Source of the DNA: Angelvirus px29
Taxonomy: Duplodnaviria > Heunggongvirae > Uroviricota > Caudoviricetes > Straboviridae
DNA length: 64,000 nt
Reading direction: 5' to 3' (one strand)
IMG/VR virus record: IMGVR_UViG_2700988902_000001
Span: 11,520-75,519 of that record
A model generated the notes under the pieces. The model was not told the DNA's origin, searched no databases, and saw only the letters and a list, made by a program, of their open reading frames with translations. The translations under genes and the position numbers were made by a program. Position 1 is the first letter of the stretch, and each line of letters starts with the position of its first letter. Below are positions 9,528-18,700 of this stretch, piece after piece.

Positions 9528-10555
9528 TAAGCTCCCTTACCTGCGGTTGCGTTCGCGTACAAATCTTGTACGTATTTTGAAACAACTGTTTTTTCGTCAG
9601 CATCGATAGGCATGTTTTTAACATAGTCTTTCATTTGCTCGATAACCTTTTTGGTTTCGGTGATGTCTTCTACATCAGACGAAAAGTTATACACTTGTTT
9701 GTGTTTGAATTCGTGACACACGTTTTCCAACTGTGCCATAACAGCGTCAAGCTTTTCATCGAATTCATAGACTACCAATTCTACCACTTTGCCTTTGCAC
9801 TTGTCAAACAGCTTTTCATCAAAATCGCCACGATAGTCAATTCTGATGTGCCACATATCTGGGTTAGCTACAAACTCGAAAGTCTCGGTGTCGGTGTCAA
9901 ACACCCAGAAACCGCGAACTTCGTTTGCGTCGCCCATAGTCAAAGTGTAAGGAGTCCCAGTATAGAACACGTTACCTTTGCGGCTCGATGTGTGATAGTG
10001 TCCACTGACAACCTGCTTGTAATCGCTCAGGAAGTCGATTGCTTCACCAGTTGACGGGATACCCTTGTAGAACTCGAAACCATCAAGCTCCCAGTGTCCA
10101 GCGCAATATTCTGACTCGGATTTCTCAACGAAGTCAAGAATTTCTTTTTCATTTTCTGAACACTTCCACGGGAACAGATCCCAAAGTGTATCGCCAAACG
10201 CTACGGTAGTCGGTTTGTCGATGATGTGAACACCGGGAACATCATGAAACATTTCAGTAACAGAGTTCGGATGAATCTTGTCTTTCACATGCATATCATG
10301 ATTGCCTACCAGCTTGTAACGTTGCTCGAAAGCTTCGGTGTAAAGCGGGTTCAGCTTCTCACGTTGAAAGTTCATAGTCGCTTGAGACAGACCAGAACGA
10401 ACGTCAAACCAGTCACCTACTTGCAATAGTACAGTGATGCCGTTCTTCTTCGCGTAGTCACACAAGAATTTGGAACCCAGATAGATAGCGTTTTCCATGT
10501 ACTCGCTATCTTTATGAGTCCCAACATGCTTATCACCTTCAATGATAATCTTCAT
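9527..10555 (-). CDS. 47: Recombination nuclease subunit, SbcD/Mre11-like (gp47)
   Basis: Phosphoesterase motifs DKHVG, GNHD, GHYH. The track ORF extends to 10630 from a GTG. The likely true start is MKIIIEGDKHVG at ~10555. Confidence 0.85.
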   Translation of the reverse strand: MKIIIEGDKHVGTHKDSEYMENAIYLGSKFLCDYAKKNGITVLLQVGDWFDVRSGLSQATMNFQREKLNPLYTEAFEQRYKLVGNHDMHVKDKIHPNSVTEMFHDVPGVHIIDKPTTVAFGDTLWDLFPWKCSENEKEILDFVEKSESEYCAGHWELDGFEFYKGIPSTGEAIDFLSDYKQVVSGHYHTSSRKGNVFYTGTPYTLTMGDANEVRGFWVFDTDTETFEFVANPDMWHIRIDYRGDFDEKLFDKCKGKVVELVVYEFDEKLDAVMAQLENVCHEFKHKQVYNFSSDVEDITETKKVIEQMKDYVKNMPIDADEKTVVSKYVQDLYANATAGKGA

Positions 10556-10617
10556 ATTGTTTCCTTTGTTGAATGATAAAGCGATCATACACACTTCGAA
10601 ACTGAATGTAAACAAGT

Positions 10618-10730
10618 TTGTGCGCAGCACTTCGCGTTAGCGAGAGAAGATAAAATGTCTTATATATCTTTAATGAGAATCTATCTTCTCTTCTTCTTAG
10701 GTTTCAATGAGTTAGCGGCAAGCCGCAGTG
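10618..10730 (-). ncRNA. Repeated structured intergenic element, copy A (possible small RNA or regulatory RNA/DNA structure)
   Basis: Contains the 10-11 bp stem GAGAGAAGATA/TATCTTCTCTC with a ~30 nt loop holding TATATA, then TTAGCGGCAAGCCGCAGTG..GCACA. Closing helix TTGTGC...GCACAA. Shares this architecture with copy B at ~27345-27485. Confidence 0.4.
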
Positions 10731-10744
10731 TAAGCACAATAGAT

Positions 10745-10769
10745 ACAAAAAAGCCACCCGAAGGTGGCT
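10745..10769 (-). terminator. Rho-independent terminator with UUCG tetraloop
   Basis: Minus-strand RNA GCCACC-UUCG-GGUGGC followed by U6. Confidence 0.75.
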
Positions 10770-10788
10770 AATTTATTAAGCTAATTCA

Positions 10789-10804
10789 GGGAGCCGAAGC
10801 TCCC
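10789..10804. terminator. UUCG/CGAA tetraloop hairpin, possibly bidirectional
   Basis: GGGAGC-CGAA-GCUCCC followed by TTTATTT on the plus strand. Sits immediately 3' of the 134-aa gene on the minus strand. Confidence 0.4.
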
Positions 10805-10809
10805 TTTAT

Positions 10810-11214
10810 TTAGATAGAACAGACTGGAACCGTAGCAGTCTCTGGTTGCTCACCAGACGCTACCTCAGTGTTTTCATTTACTTTCGCATATGCTTCCATC
10901 ACAAGTTCATCGTAACGCTGTTTTGAACTCAACCAGAGCGATTCAAGAACAGAACGTTCGATAGGTTTCTGCATGGTCAGAACACGAAGCTTTTCGATAG
11001 CGTAGATGTAACCATCTTTGTTACATACATGCAAACATTCTTCGGCGTGTTCGCGCAAACGTTTGATTTCTTTGCCATGTTTGGCCAAGTATTTCTTAGA
11101 TTTCTTCTCGACCATAGCTTTAATCAAAGCTTGTTCGCGTTCTTTCGCTTCGTTAATTTCTTTTTGATCTTGATCGATAAGTTGATCGATATTCTCGTTC
11201 ATTACATTTCCCAT
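10810..11214 (-). CDS. Hypothetical protein, charged/coiled-coil
   Basis: 134 aa, lysine/glutamate-rich N-terminus. Confidence 0.5.
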   Translation of the reverse strand: MGNVMNENIDQLIDQDQKEINEAKEREQALIKAMVEKKSKKYLAKHGKEIKRLREHAEECLHVCNKDGYIYAIEKLRVLTMQKPIERSVLESLWLSSKQRYDELVMEAYAKVNENTEVASGEQPETATVPVCSI

Positions 11215-11459
11215 TTAAACTTGTAGTGTGATTCTTCGGTATCGAGCGAAATGATTTCGCCAATTAGTTTACCATGCTTGACGCTTATGACGTTAGAACG
11301 AATTGAAAGAGGATCAATAATCACCGGGATTCCAGATTCGAGTAATTTTATTTTGAGCATATAGGGGACTAATTCGGGTTCATCATTGCACTCATGATAA
11401 TTTTCCCAGAGTGGAATAGTTACTTCAATATTATTCGTCGGCATCATCGTCATCCTCAA
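11202..11459 (-). CDS. Hypothetical protein
   Basis: 85 aa, overlaps its neighbours by a few codons. Confidence 0.45.
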   Translation of the reverse strand: MRMTMMPTNNIEVTIPLWENYHECNDEPELVPYMLKIKLLESGIPVIIDPLSIRSNVISVKHGKLIGEIISLDTEESHYKFKWEM

Positions 11460-11955
11460 GGAATGACAATCCGCCTAGTTGCTTTGGCTTTTTAGCTTTC
11501 TGATTTTTCATTGTAGCTTCAAAGTCGTTTGCTTTGGTCATCATGTCATTATAGAAAGATAGGTCAACTAATTTTGCCATATCTTCATCTTCGGCATCAT
11601 GGACGTGTTCCAAAAAATACTTATACTTTGCAGCTTCTTCTTTCTTGGAATGTCTAATTCGAGCAATGAACGAGCGAGCACATATCATGGTAATATATGC
11701 GTGTGGATTCGTATATCGTTCGGTGTCAAAGTTCTTGCAGTATTTCAAGCAAGTTTCAACAGCATCACCAACCATCAGCTCTTTCCAAGTGTCGGTATAA
11801 CGACTAAATCGCCAATAATTCGTGAACCCATAAGCGATCTTCATGATTGAAGAACCAATGAACTCGGGCATTCGCTCACTGGGGTTTTCTTTCAACTTCT
11901 CTTTCCAAGCGACAAATGCTTGATAAAGTTCCTCGTTGTTAACGTAATCTGCCAT
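11431..11955 (-). CDS. 55: Late-transcription sigma factor (gp55)
   Basis: MADYVNNEELYQAF...KNFDTERYTNPHAYITMICARSF aligns with T4 gp55 (..YVNNKELLQAI...[23 protein letters not shown]). Acidic C-terminus with an LSFL clamp-binding-like motif. The track start at 12009 is probably an over-extension; the true ATG is ~11955. Confidence 0.85.
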   Translation of the reverse strand: MADYVNNEELYQAFVAWKEKLKENPSERMPEFIGSSIMKIAYGFTNYWRFSRYTDTWKELMVGDAVETCLKYCKNFDTERYTNPHAYITMICARSFIARIRHSKKEEAAKYKYFLEHVHDAEDEDMAKLVDLSFYNDMMTKANDFEATMKNQKAKKPKQLGGLSFLEDDDDADE

Positions 11956-12011
11956 ACAGTATACTTCCTTTGTTTTTGTCAACAAAAGAAGTATACTATG
12001 TAAATGCAACT

Positions 12012-13472
12012 TTATAAACTCCGGAGCTTATTTATCCAGTCTGATACCAGTTTAACATGCTCGGGTTGTATGACGTCAAGCTTTAAATCCATTTTTGCTG
12101 ACCATCGGTAGAACTTTCCTTGTTCTGCTTTTGTAAAGTCGAACATGTTCACGAAACTAAGTTTCTTTTTGCGAGGCAGTTCTTCTTTCTTTCGCTCTTT
12201 ACGTGCTGGTCCACTAATCATGTGATTTGTGTCGATCTTAGCCTCTAACAGATATCTCGATTTCAGATACTCAGCAGCGCGTAAATCTGGGACCAACAGC
12301 GTGACTTTCCATGTTGAATGCTGATTACGAATATCGGTACGCAAGCACAATTGAAACACAGGCTCAAGATATTTCGATACCAAATAAGCATCAATCAACT
12401 TGTTTGTGTCCATGTCGTGACAGCTAGACAGACATTTCAGCAACTCGATTTGCCAAGGCATAGGATTATAGCTGAATAACGCTACCGCAGTTGTGTGGCT
12501 CATATAGCTGTTTAGCCCGTGTGGGTTATAAGCAACTCGATGTCCGACTTTCAATGCCGCACGATAACTATTTGTTGTGTAGATAAACGGCGTCATGCCA
12601 ACTAAATCATACACGTTATCCTTGACCTTGTTGTAAACACTTTCTCCGTCGATATCTTTGTCGGCAGCATATCTAGACCAGATACCATCGAATAATGGCA
12701 CGATCTCGACTCTACTCGAATTCGGATACTGAATGAAATCCAGTTTTTTCATCAACGGGCTTGTTTTGAATTTCCAACCGCAAAAGTCTTTGAGAACAAC
12801 ACCGGTGAATGTCTCTTTAAAGTTTGCACAAGCGATTGTGATCTTAGAAAAGACGTTCCACTTTTGAGTTGTACTATCATCGATAAAGTATACCACGTTA
12901 TCTTTGAGAATAACGGGGATATTTTGCAACAGAGATCTTGCTAATGAGAAAACAGAACTTGACACCACATCATGACCATATAGACCATCGGTAGCAATCT
13001 TTTCTACTTTCGAACGACACTCTTCTTTTAATGTCATTCTGCCATCAACAGTGTCGCAGTATTTCCCGATAAAGTCAAGGTTGTCAGTGAATTTCAACTG
13101 ATTTAATTGAACAAAATCAGGTACTTCATCGATATAGAGTTCATGATCTCTCATGTCTTCATAATCTGGATATGCCAGCAATGCAGCATGAGTAATGAAA
13201 ATGACTCTATTATGACCGATGCTTTCTTTTATTACCTCGGCGACGCTCTTGCTTCTACTAACATGATCTGAGTCAATGATAATACTGTCATTGTCACCAC
13301 TAATCTTGTTGTAAAAGTCAAAACTTTGTTGCGATAACTGACAACTAATTGACGCTATGATACAAGGCTTTTTGTTCTTTCGAACGTGAGTCAGAATAGC
13401 TTTTGTTTTACCAGCAGCAGGGACCGCCTGTAGAATCTCAACGCTTGATGCCATTATCCACACCAAAAGCAA
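12012..13472 (-). CDS. P-loop NTPase of unknown function
   Basis: 486 aa. N-terminal Walker A-like PAAGKTKAI and a DEVPD Walker-B-like segment. Occupies the T4 alpha-gt / 55.x position. Confidence 0.55.
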   Translation of the reverse strand: MLLVWIMASSVEILQAVPAAGKTKAILTHVRKNKKPCIIASISCQLSQQSFDFYNKISGDNDSIIIDSDHVSRSKSVAEVIKESIGHNRVIFITHAALLAYPDYEDMRDHELYIDEVPDFVQLNQLKFTDNLDFIGKYCDTVDGRMTLKEECRSKVEKIATDGLYGHDVVSSSVFSLARSLLQNIPVILKDNVVYFIDDSTTQKWNVFSKITIACANFKETFTGVVLKDFCGWKFKTSPLMKKLDFIQYPNSSRVEIVPLFDGIWSRYAADKDIDGESVYNKVKDNVYDLVGMTPFIYTTNSYRAALKVGHRVAYNPHGLNSYMSHTTAVALFSYNPMPWQIELLKCLSSCHDMDTNKLIDAYLVSKYLEPVFQLCLRTDIRNQHSTWKVTLLVPDLRAAEYLKSRYLLEAKIDTNHMISGPARKERKKEELPRKKKLSFVNMFDFTKAEQGKFYRWSAKMDLKLDVIQPEHVKLVSDWINKLRSL

Positions 13473-13686
13473 TTACATCATATTCACGTAGAATGAAAGC
13501 AACCAGATGCTCACGCAACTCGTTTTTCAACCACTGAGTATTTGCAACTACCTTGGAGACATCAGCATACATCCATTCGACTTGTTCGTCAAGCCATTTC
13601 GGATCACATGCCATACCGGTTTTCTTGCGAGCTTCAACAGCTTCAATGATACGAGTGTTACAGATATTACCAAATACAACGTTCAT
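13438..13686 (-). CDS. Hypothetical protein
   Basis: 82 aa ORF. Confidence 0.4.
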   Translation of the reverse strand: MNVVFGNICNTRIIEAVEARKKTGMACDPKWLDEQVEWMYADVSKVVANTQWLKNELREHLVAFILREYDVIAFGVDNGIKR

Positions 13687-13762
13687 TTATTCACCTCTCG
13701 TTTAATGTATGCATATTCTTGCATACTATTCAGTGTTCGTCAACAACAAAAAAGGTTCTGAC

Positions 13763-14305
13763 TTACGCCAGAACCTTGTTCCAATACTTGTATCCCATCT
13801 TTCGTGCGGTCTTATACGACTCAACAGCACTTAGCGGTTGCTTATGCAAACGTTTCGCACTCTTGACGACACCGGCACTACCATGAGAATATATATAGAT
13901 CAGTCCGACCCAAGAAGGAACTTCATCTGGCTTGACCAGTCCTTCGGGCACAGCATACCAGAAATAATTCGACATATGACCCGCTTCTAAAGCTTCCCGC
14001 TTCGACTTGCGCACCATTCTGTGAGTCCGGTATAGTGTAGGCTTCTCTAATTTTTCTGAGATTCGAACGTGTTTCTTTGCATCCACTCTGAAATCAGATC
14101 GACTCACTTTGATTTCTATTTCATCACATAACCCACTAGGACGCAAGCAAAATAAATCTGCCTCGTTGTCATATTGAGTATAGCAGTTCGGTACGATTAT
14201 ATCATACCTAAGTTGAAATTCGCGACTTCTGGCAATCGCTGCCTGTACGTCTTTTTCAGTCAAGACAACCTCCTTCAAACTTTTCGCTAAAAGTTTTGTA
14301 TCCAC
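13763..14305 (-). CDS. Hypothetical protein, possible PD-(D/E)xK nuclease fold
   Basis: 180 aa. D..(n)..DEIEIK arrangement resembles a PD-(D/E)xK core. Weak. Confidence 0.45.
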   Translation of the reverse strand: MDTKLLAKSLKEVVLTEKDVQAAIARSREFQLRYDIIVPNCYTQYDNEADLFCLRPSGLCDEIEIKVSRSDFRVDAKKHVRISEKLEKPTLYRTHRMVRKSKREALEAGHMSNYFWYAVPEGLVKPDEVPSWVGLIYIYSHGSAGVVKSAKRLHKQPLSAVESYKTARKMGYKYWNKVLA

Positions 14306-14546
14306 CTACCCATTTATCGTTGACAAAAATCTGAGGGTATGATCTTGGAGGCGTGTCTTTACCAGCTCTTACTCTACATTCTTCAATATTAGCACGATGA
14401 TACGTGAAACCAATAGATGATGAATCTTTAATAAGAATCGGTATAAATGTAAATTCTAACCCATGAGAACGACAGAAATCGACGGCAGCTTTACAACCGG
14501 GACATTGAACGAATTCTTCCGGTACGCCGTAGATTTCTATTTTCAT
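14256..14546 (-). CDS. Glutaredoxin/NrdH-like thioredoxin-fold protein
   Basis: 96 aa with CPGC redox motif near the N-terminus (MKIEIYGVPEEFVQCPGCK). Confidence 0.6.
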   Translation of the reverse strand: MKIEIYGVPEEFVQCPGCKAAVDFCRSHGLEFTFIPILIKDSSSIGFTYHRANIEECRVRAGKDTPPRSYPQIFVNDKWVGGYKTFSEKFEGGCLD

Positions 14547-14815
14547 GCGTTTTCGTTAACCCAAGCTTTGAGTTCTTCGAAACCACCGATATAATGACCG
14601 TCGATGAATGCTTGTGGCATAGATGTCACAACAACGCCATGTTCTTTAGCGCGACGAGTCAAATCGGCTTTATTGATTTTGTGTTCTTCTGTCTTGCTGA
14701 TCTTGGCGATAGGCAGAAAAACATAGTCTACCAGTCTGGTATCAAGCAGACGCTTGGCATTCAGACAAGGTTTGCATTCGAGTTCGAGAGGATCGAATCC
14801 GTATAGCTCAATCAT
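14543..14815 (-). CDS. nrdC: Thioredoxin/glutaredoxin NrdC
   Basis: 90 aa. CKPCLNAKRLL..MPQAFIDGHYIGGFEEL aligns with T4 NrdC CVYCDNAKRLL..MPQVF..GSHIGGFDQL. Confidence 0.8.
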   Translation of the reverse strand: MIELYGFDPLELECKPCLNAKRLLDTRLVDYVFLPIAKISKTEEHKINKADLTRRAKEHGVVVTSMPQAFIDGHYIGGFEELKAWVNENA

Positions 14816-14824
14816 TTATATTCC

Positions 14825-15202
14825 TTACATGCTTTGAGTAAATGTTCTGGAGATTACGTCCAGTTGTTGTTCTTGTGTCAGTGCGGCGAAACGAATAGCG
14901 TAGCCACTAACGCGAATTACCAGATTCGGATATTTCTCTGGTTGTTCCATAGCCAGAACGAGTTGTTCACGACTGAGAACATTCACGTTCAAATGTTGGC
15001 CGCTGTTATTCATAACTTCGAGTTCAACATCGCGAGTTTCGTTAAAATCAATCTCGGATTTGATAGCGTCGAATTTAAGACTACCAGCTTTGAAGACTTG
15101 ATCTTCGCCATAACCGGGAGCACAAATAACACGAACAGCGTCTTCGGTAATAATAAAGATGCCGCCTTTCAGACGACCTTTAAGAATTTGTAGAGCTTTC
15201 AT
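14825..15202 (-). CDS. grcA: Autonomous glycyl-radical cofactor (GrcA/YfiD-like; T4 Y06I family)
   Basis: 125 aa. C-terminal [51 protein letters not shown] matches the glycyl-radical domain of PflB/GrcA (RVSGYAV motif). Confidence 0.85.
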   Translation of the reverse strand: MKALQILKGRLKGGIFIITEDAVRVICAPGYGEDQVFKAGSLKFDAIKSEIDFNETRDVELEVMNNSGQHLNVNVLSREQLVLAMEQPEKYPNLVIRVSGYAIRFAALTQEQQLDVISRTFTQSM

Positions 15203-15680
15203 TTAATCTCTCTATGTGAATGATTCGTTGATTGCTTGACCCTCTGAAATTCAAATCGATGTCTTTTAATTCGGACACGAACTTTCCATCCACGAGTACG
15301 TCAATCAGTGATGTAACTATAACATGTTTTCTTGATTCAAGTAAACATTCTTCTCTTGTGAAACCAGTCCACAGCCAAACAGTTTTGTTCGGGAACTCAG
15401 CACGAAACCACTTGAGGAATGACACCAAACCGTCTAGGTTGCGTTCATAGAACGGATCGCCCCCAAGTAGTGATATCCCATCACGCTTAATACGGGAATC
15501 GCTCATATCACGTCTGACGCGCTCACGTAAATCAATTTCTTCTTCTGTCTGACCTTTCCACGCCCATGTGTGTTTGCTGAAACAGCCGGGACACTGATGA
15601 TCACAACCAGCAAGCCAGATGCTCGATCTTGTTCCTGTGCCGTTTAGCACATCCAATGATTTATAGTCAAGTATTAGCAC
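15180..15680 (-). CDS. nrdG: Anaerobic ribonucleotide reductase activating enzyme (radical SAM)
   Basis: 166 aa with CDHQCPGC (CxxxCxxC) radical-SAM cluster motif. Adjacent to nrdD. Confidence 0.85.
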   Translation of the reverse strand: MLILDYKSLDVLNGTGTRSSIWLAGCDHQCPGCFSKHTWAWKGQTEEEIDLRERVRRDMSDSRIKRDGISLLGGDPFYERNLDGLVSFLKWFRAEFPNKTVWLWTGFTREECLLESRKHVIVTSLIDVLVDGKFVSELKDIDLNFRGSSNQRIIHIERLNESSTNS

Positions 15681-15711
15681 GATTATTTTTACTCCAAACT
15701 TGAAATGTTAA

Positions 15712-15727
15712 AGGGCCCGAAGGCCCT
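15712..15727 (-). other. UUCG-tetraloop hairpin between nrdD and nrdG
   Basis: GGGCC-UUCG-GGCCC directly after the nrdD stop, with a partial U-tract. Confidence 0.5.
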
Positions 15728-15729
15728 TA

Positions 15730-17844
15730 TTACAAATGTTTAACACGTTTTTGCACTTCGTCCTGCTTGCCGGCATTAAATGCGCGAGAACCGGGGTTCC
15801 CCAAATAACCGCAGACGCGACGAATAACGTTCATTTTGGTATCATCATGATTGCCGCACTTAGGACATTCATATCCTTTAGATGTAGCAGTGAATTCGCC
15901 GTGATAACCGCATTCAAAACAAACATCAACTGGGGTATTGGTCCCATAATACGGGGTATTCCTATAAGCATAATCCCAAACATCTTCGAGAGCTTTCAGA
16001 TTATCTTTCATATTCGGATATTCACCGTATGAAATAAAACCACCAGAACTAAGCGGAATGAATTGCTTTTCAAAATCGATCTTGTCATACGGATTTGTAT
16101 TATGACGAACGTCCAGATGGAAACTGTTGGTATAATAATCCTTATCAAAGATTTTATGATTCGGATATTTTTCACTGTCAATCTTCGCGAAACGATAGCA
16201 CAGACTTTCAGACGGAGTACCGTACAAACTGAATGCTAAACCGGTTTCAGCTTTCCAAGAGTCAACAAGTTCTTTCATTCGAGCAAGAACTGCCAGCGCA
16301 AAAGTCTGCTTCTCTTTATTTTCCATGATATGTTCGCTAATGCTTGACATCATGATTTCGGTAACTTCATGCATACCGATGTAACCGATACTAACAGATG
16401 CGCGACCGTTGTCAAATGCTTTCATGATATCGTCATCTGGGTTCAGACGAACACCACAAGCACCTTCAACGTAAAGAATCGGAGCGACGCTGGCTTTAAC
16501 GCCACGCAGACGATCAACGCGAGCCATCAAAGCTTGCTTGGTGATTTCCATACGTTCTTCCAGAAGATCCCAGAAACGCATAGGATTGCCATTTGAATCA
16601 AGAGCGATTCGCGGCAAGTTCAGAGTGACCACACCCAAGTTGTTACGGCCTTCATGAACTTCAACACCGTTTTCGTCTTCCCAGCGATGCAAGAAACTAC
16701 GGCATCCCATTGGGAATTTGAAACTACCAGTCACTTCAACGATCTTATCATAGCTCAGAATGTCCGGATACATACGTTTCGCAGCGCATTCCAGAGCCAA
16801 CTGTTTGATACGATACAGCGGATCAGTCGGGTTCAAGTTGTGTCCGTCTTTCAGAGCGAATACCAGTTTCGGGAAAACAGGGGTGATACCCTCTTTACCA
16901 AGACCAGCCAAACGAACTTTCAGGATTGCTTCTTGAATCAGTTCTGACTCCCAGCTAGTACCAAGACCAAAGCCGAAGGTACAGAACGGAGTTTGACCAT
17001 TTGCGGAGTGCAGAGTGTTGACCTCATACTCCAGACCTTGCATAGCATCATATACAGCTTTGCGAGTCTTTGCAATAGCATATTGCTGTTGATCTGGAAT
17101 TTTCCAGTAACGAGCTTCATCCAAGTGCTTTTCGTGTGTCATTTTAACATACGGTGCCAGCACTTCGTCAATGCGATTGATTGTGTTACCGCCATAAATG
17201 TGACTTGCTACTTGAGCGATGATTTGAGCAATCACGGCAGCAGCGGTAGAAATGCTTTTCGGAGTCTCGATTTGAGCATTACCCATTCTGAAACCACGTT
17301 TCAACATTCCTTCAACATCTATCAACATGCAGTTAAACATTGGGAAGAACGGTGAATAATCAAGATCGTGGAAGTGAATCCAACCATTTTCGTGTGCTTG
17401 CATAACTTCAACAGGCAGATAATGCTTGGCGAAATGCTTACTAACGATACCAGCTACCAAATCGCGTTGAGTTGGAATTACCTTGGCGTCTTTGTTTGCA
17501 TTTTCATTCATGATTGATTCATCAGATTGCTTCATCAGTCCCATGATGCGTTTTGTCATGTCTGAGTTCAGGTCGCGAGCGACATCGCGATCATAGCGAT
17601 ATTCAATGTATGCGCGAGCCACAGCGGGATAGCGCGATCGCATCAGTGTATCTTCTACAACGTGTTGAATTTCGCCAATCGTCACCATAGAGCGACCAAT
17701 GAGCTTACGAACAACTGCTTCTGTAGCGTGATGTGGGAAGGTGGGATCGGTAATACCGATAGATTGCAGAGAATTAGAGATTGCTGTTTCAATAAAAGAT
17801 TGATCGAAATCAACGATTCGACCATCGCGTTTTTGTACTTGCAT
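15730..17844 (-). CDS. nrdD: Anaerobic ribonucleoside-triphosphate reductase
   Basis: 704 aa. N-terminal ATP-cone, C-terminal zinc ribbon CFECG..CPKCG and glycyl radical motif RRVCGYLG. Confidence 0.95.
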   Translation of the reverse strand: MQVQKRDGRIVDFDQSFIETAISNSLQSIGITDPTFPHHATEAVVRKLIGRSMVTIGEIQHVVEDTLMRSRYPAVARAYIEYRYDRDVARDLNSDMTKRIMGLMKQSDESIMNENANKDAKVIPTQRDLVAGIVSKHFAKHYLPVEVMQAHENGWIHFHDLDYSPFFPMFNCMLIDVEGMLKRGFRMGNAQIETPKSISTAAAVIAQIIAQVASHIYGGNTINRIDEVLAPYVKMTHEKHLDEARYWKIPDQQQYAIAKTRKAVYDAMQGLEYEVNTLHSANGQTPFCTFGFGLGTSWESELIQEAILKVRLAGLGKEGITPVFPKLVFALKDGHNLNPTDPLYRIKQLALECAAKRMYPDILSYDKIVEVTGSFKFPMGCRSFLHRWEDENGVEVHEGRNNLGVVTLNLPRIALDSNGNPMRFWDLLEERMEITKQALMARVDRLRGVKASVAPILYVEGACGVRLNPDDDIMKAFDNGRASVSIGYIGMHEVTEIMMSSISEHIMENKEKQTFALAVLARMKELVDSWKAETGLAFSLYGTPSESLCYRFAKIDSEKYPNHKIFDKDYYTNSFHLDVRHNTNPYDKIDFEKQFIPLSSGGFISYGEYPNMKDNLKALEDVWDYAYRNTPYYGTNTPVDVCFECGYHGEFTATSKGYECPKCGNHDDTKMNVIRRVCGYLGNPGSRAFNAGKQDEVQKRVKHL

Positions 17845-17933
17845 TTAGGTTTCCGTTGTGAGTGTATGGGAAAAATAAAAAACGAGTCTTTCGACTCGTT
17901 TCTATTGTACTGCTATTTAGTGTTTCGATAAAC

Positions 17934-18330
17934 TCAACCGAACAAAGAAAGTAGCTCGGTGTCTTCTTTTTTCAGATTGGCAACGATGTTAGCCAGCGCA
18001 GCATAGCGGATAGAACAACGACCTTTATTTACATCGATACCAGCTTCTTTCAGCGCAGACAACGGAATCGGACGAACGTTATCAAAAAAGATATCGTTGG
18101 TATTCAGTTCTTTGTCAGTCCAAGTGCCGGTGTAAACCTCGGTGATATCAGCGAAATAAGCTTTGTTCCCTTTGTCAACGATTGCGATGTGTTTTACCTT
18201 GTTGATGCGTTCGGCAGCACCGATAAAACCTTCGGCTTTCTTCTCTTTCAGCATACGCTCAAAGCTCAGACAGCCAGCAGTACCATCCATTTCGCGACTC
18301 GGGATTACAACGATAGTATCTTGTTTCATG
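17934..18330 (-). CDS. Hypothetical protein
   Basis: Probable true start MKQDTIVV (132 aa) with SD GAGGAAC. The track ORF is over-extended through the upstream promoter. Confidence 0.5.
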
Positions 18331-18355
18331 ATTTGTTCCTCAGCTTTGTTTCGAT

Positions 18356-18389
18356 AGAGCCATCTTATCATGATGGCTCTTTGTGTCAA
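18356..18389 (-). promoter_or_regulatory. Sigma70-like early promoter with the -10 region inside an inverted repeat
   Basis: Minus strand TTGACA-N16-TAAGAT. IR AGAGCCAT(c ttatcatg)ATGGCTCT brackets the -10. Confidence 0.55.
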
Positions 18390-18397
18390 CTAACTTT

Positions 18398-18700
18398 TCA
18401 GATTTTTTCGATTCTTGGACAACCAATCACAGACAGACCGGCGTTTTCGAGTTTCTGGATGCAACTGATAACATCATAGTGTTCTTCGATTACTGCATAT
18501 GCTTTTTTGTCTTCGAGGATCTCATTCAGATAATGATCTCGCTCGGGGTGAGTAAATCGCCGCATATGAGCACGATTCATCGCCTGTTGATTTTTCAGCT
18601 TGGTATAAGCAACGCGAGTTGTGATCCAAGCTTTCATCTGAGTTGGAGATACAAACACACATACAGTAACGGACATAATATTTTCCTCAGTTATCAACAT
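18398..18700 (-). CDS. Hypothetical protein
   Basis: 100 aa. Its start ATG overlaps the stop of the upstream prepilin-like mini-ORF (TAATG). Confidence 0.5.
   Translation of the reverse strand: MLITEENIMSVTVCVFVSPTQMKAWITTRVAYTKLKNQQAMNRAHMRRFTHPERDHYLNEILEDKKAYAVIEEHYDVISCIQKLENAGLSVIGCPRIEKI

Noticed and set aside
10641-10700. Possible hammerhead-type ribozyme in the repeated structured element (shared UAAUGAGAA)
   Set aside because: The CUGANGA/GAAA cores are not present in the right arrangement, and the shared nonamer sits at different structural positions in the two copies.
12012-13472. Calling the 486-aa P-loop protein a helicase (Dda/UvsW-like) or alpha-glucosyltransferase
   Set aside because: Only a Walker A-like PAAGKTKA and a DEVPD segment are visible. 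There are no helicase motifs II-VI or GT-B features, so it is left as a P-loop NTPase of unknown function.
18340-18389. Track ORF 17934-18389 N-terminal extension (MTQRAIMIRWLYRNKAEEQI...)
   Set aside because: The extension runs through a well-formed early promoter and IR. The internal ATG (MKQDTIVV) has a proper SD, so the extension is probably not translated.
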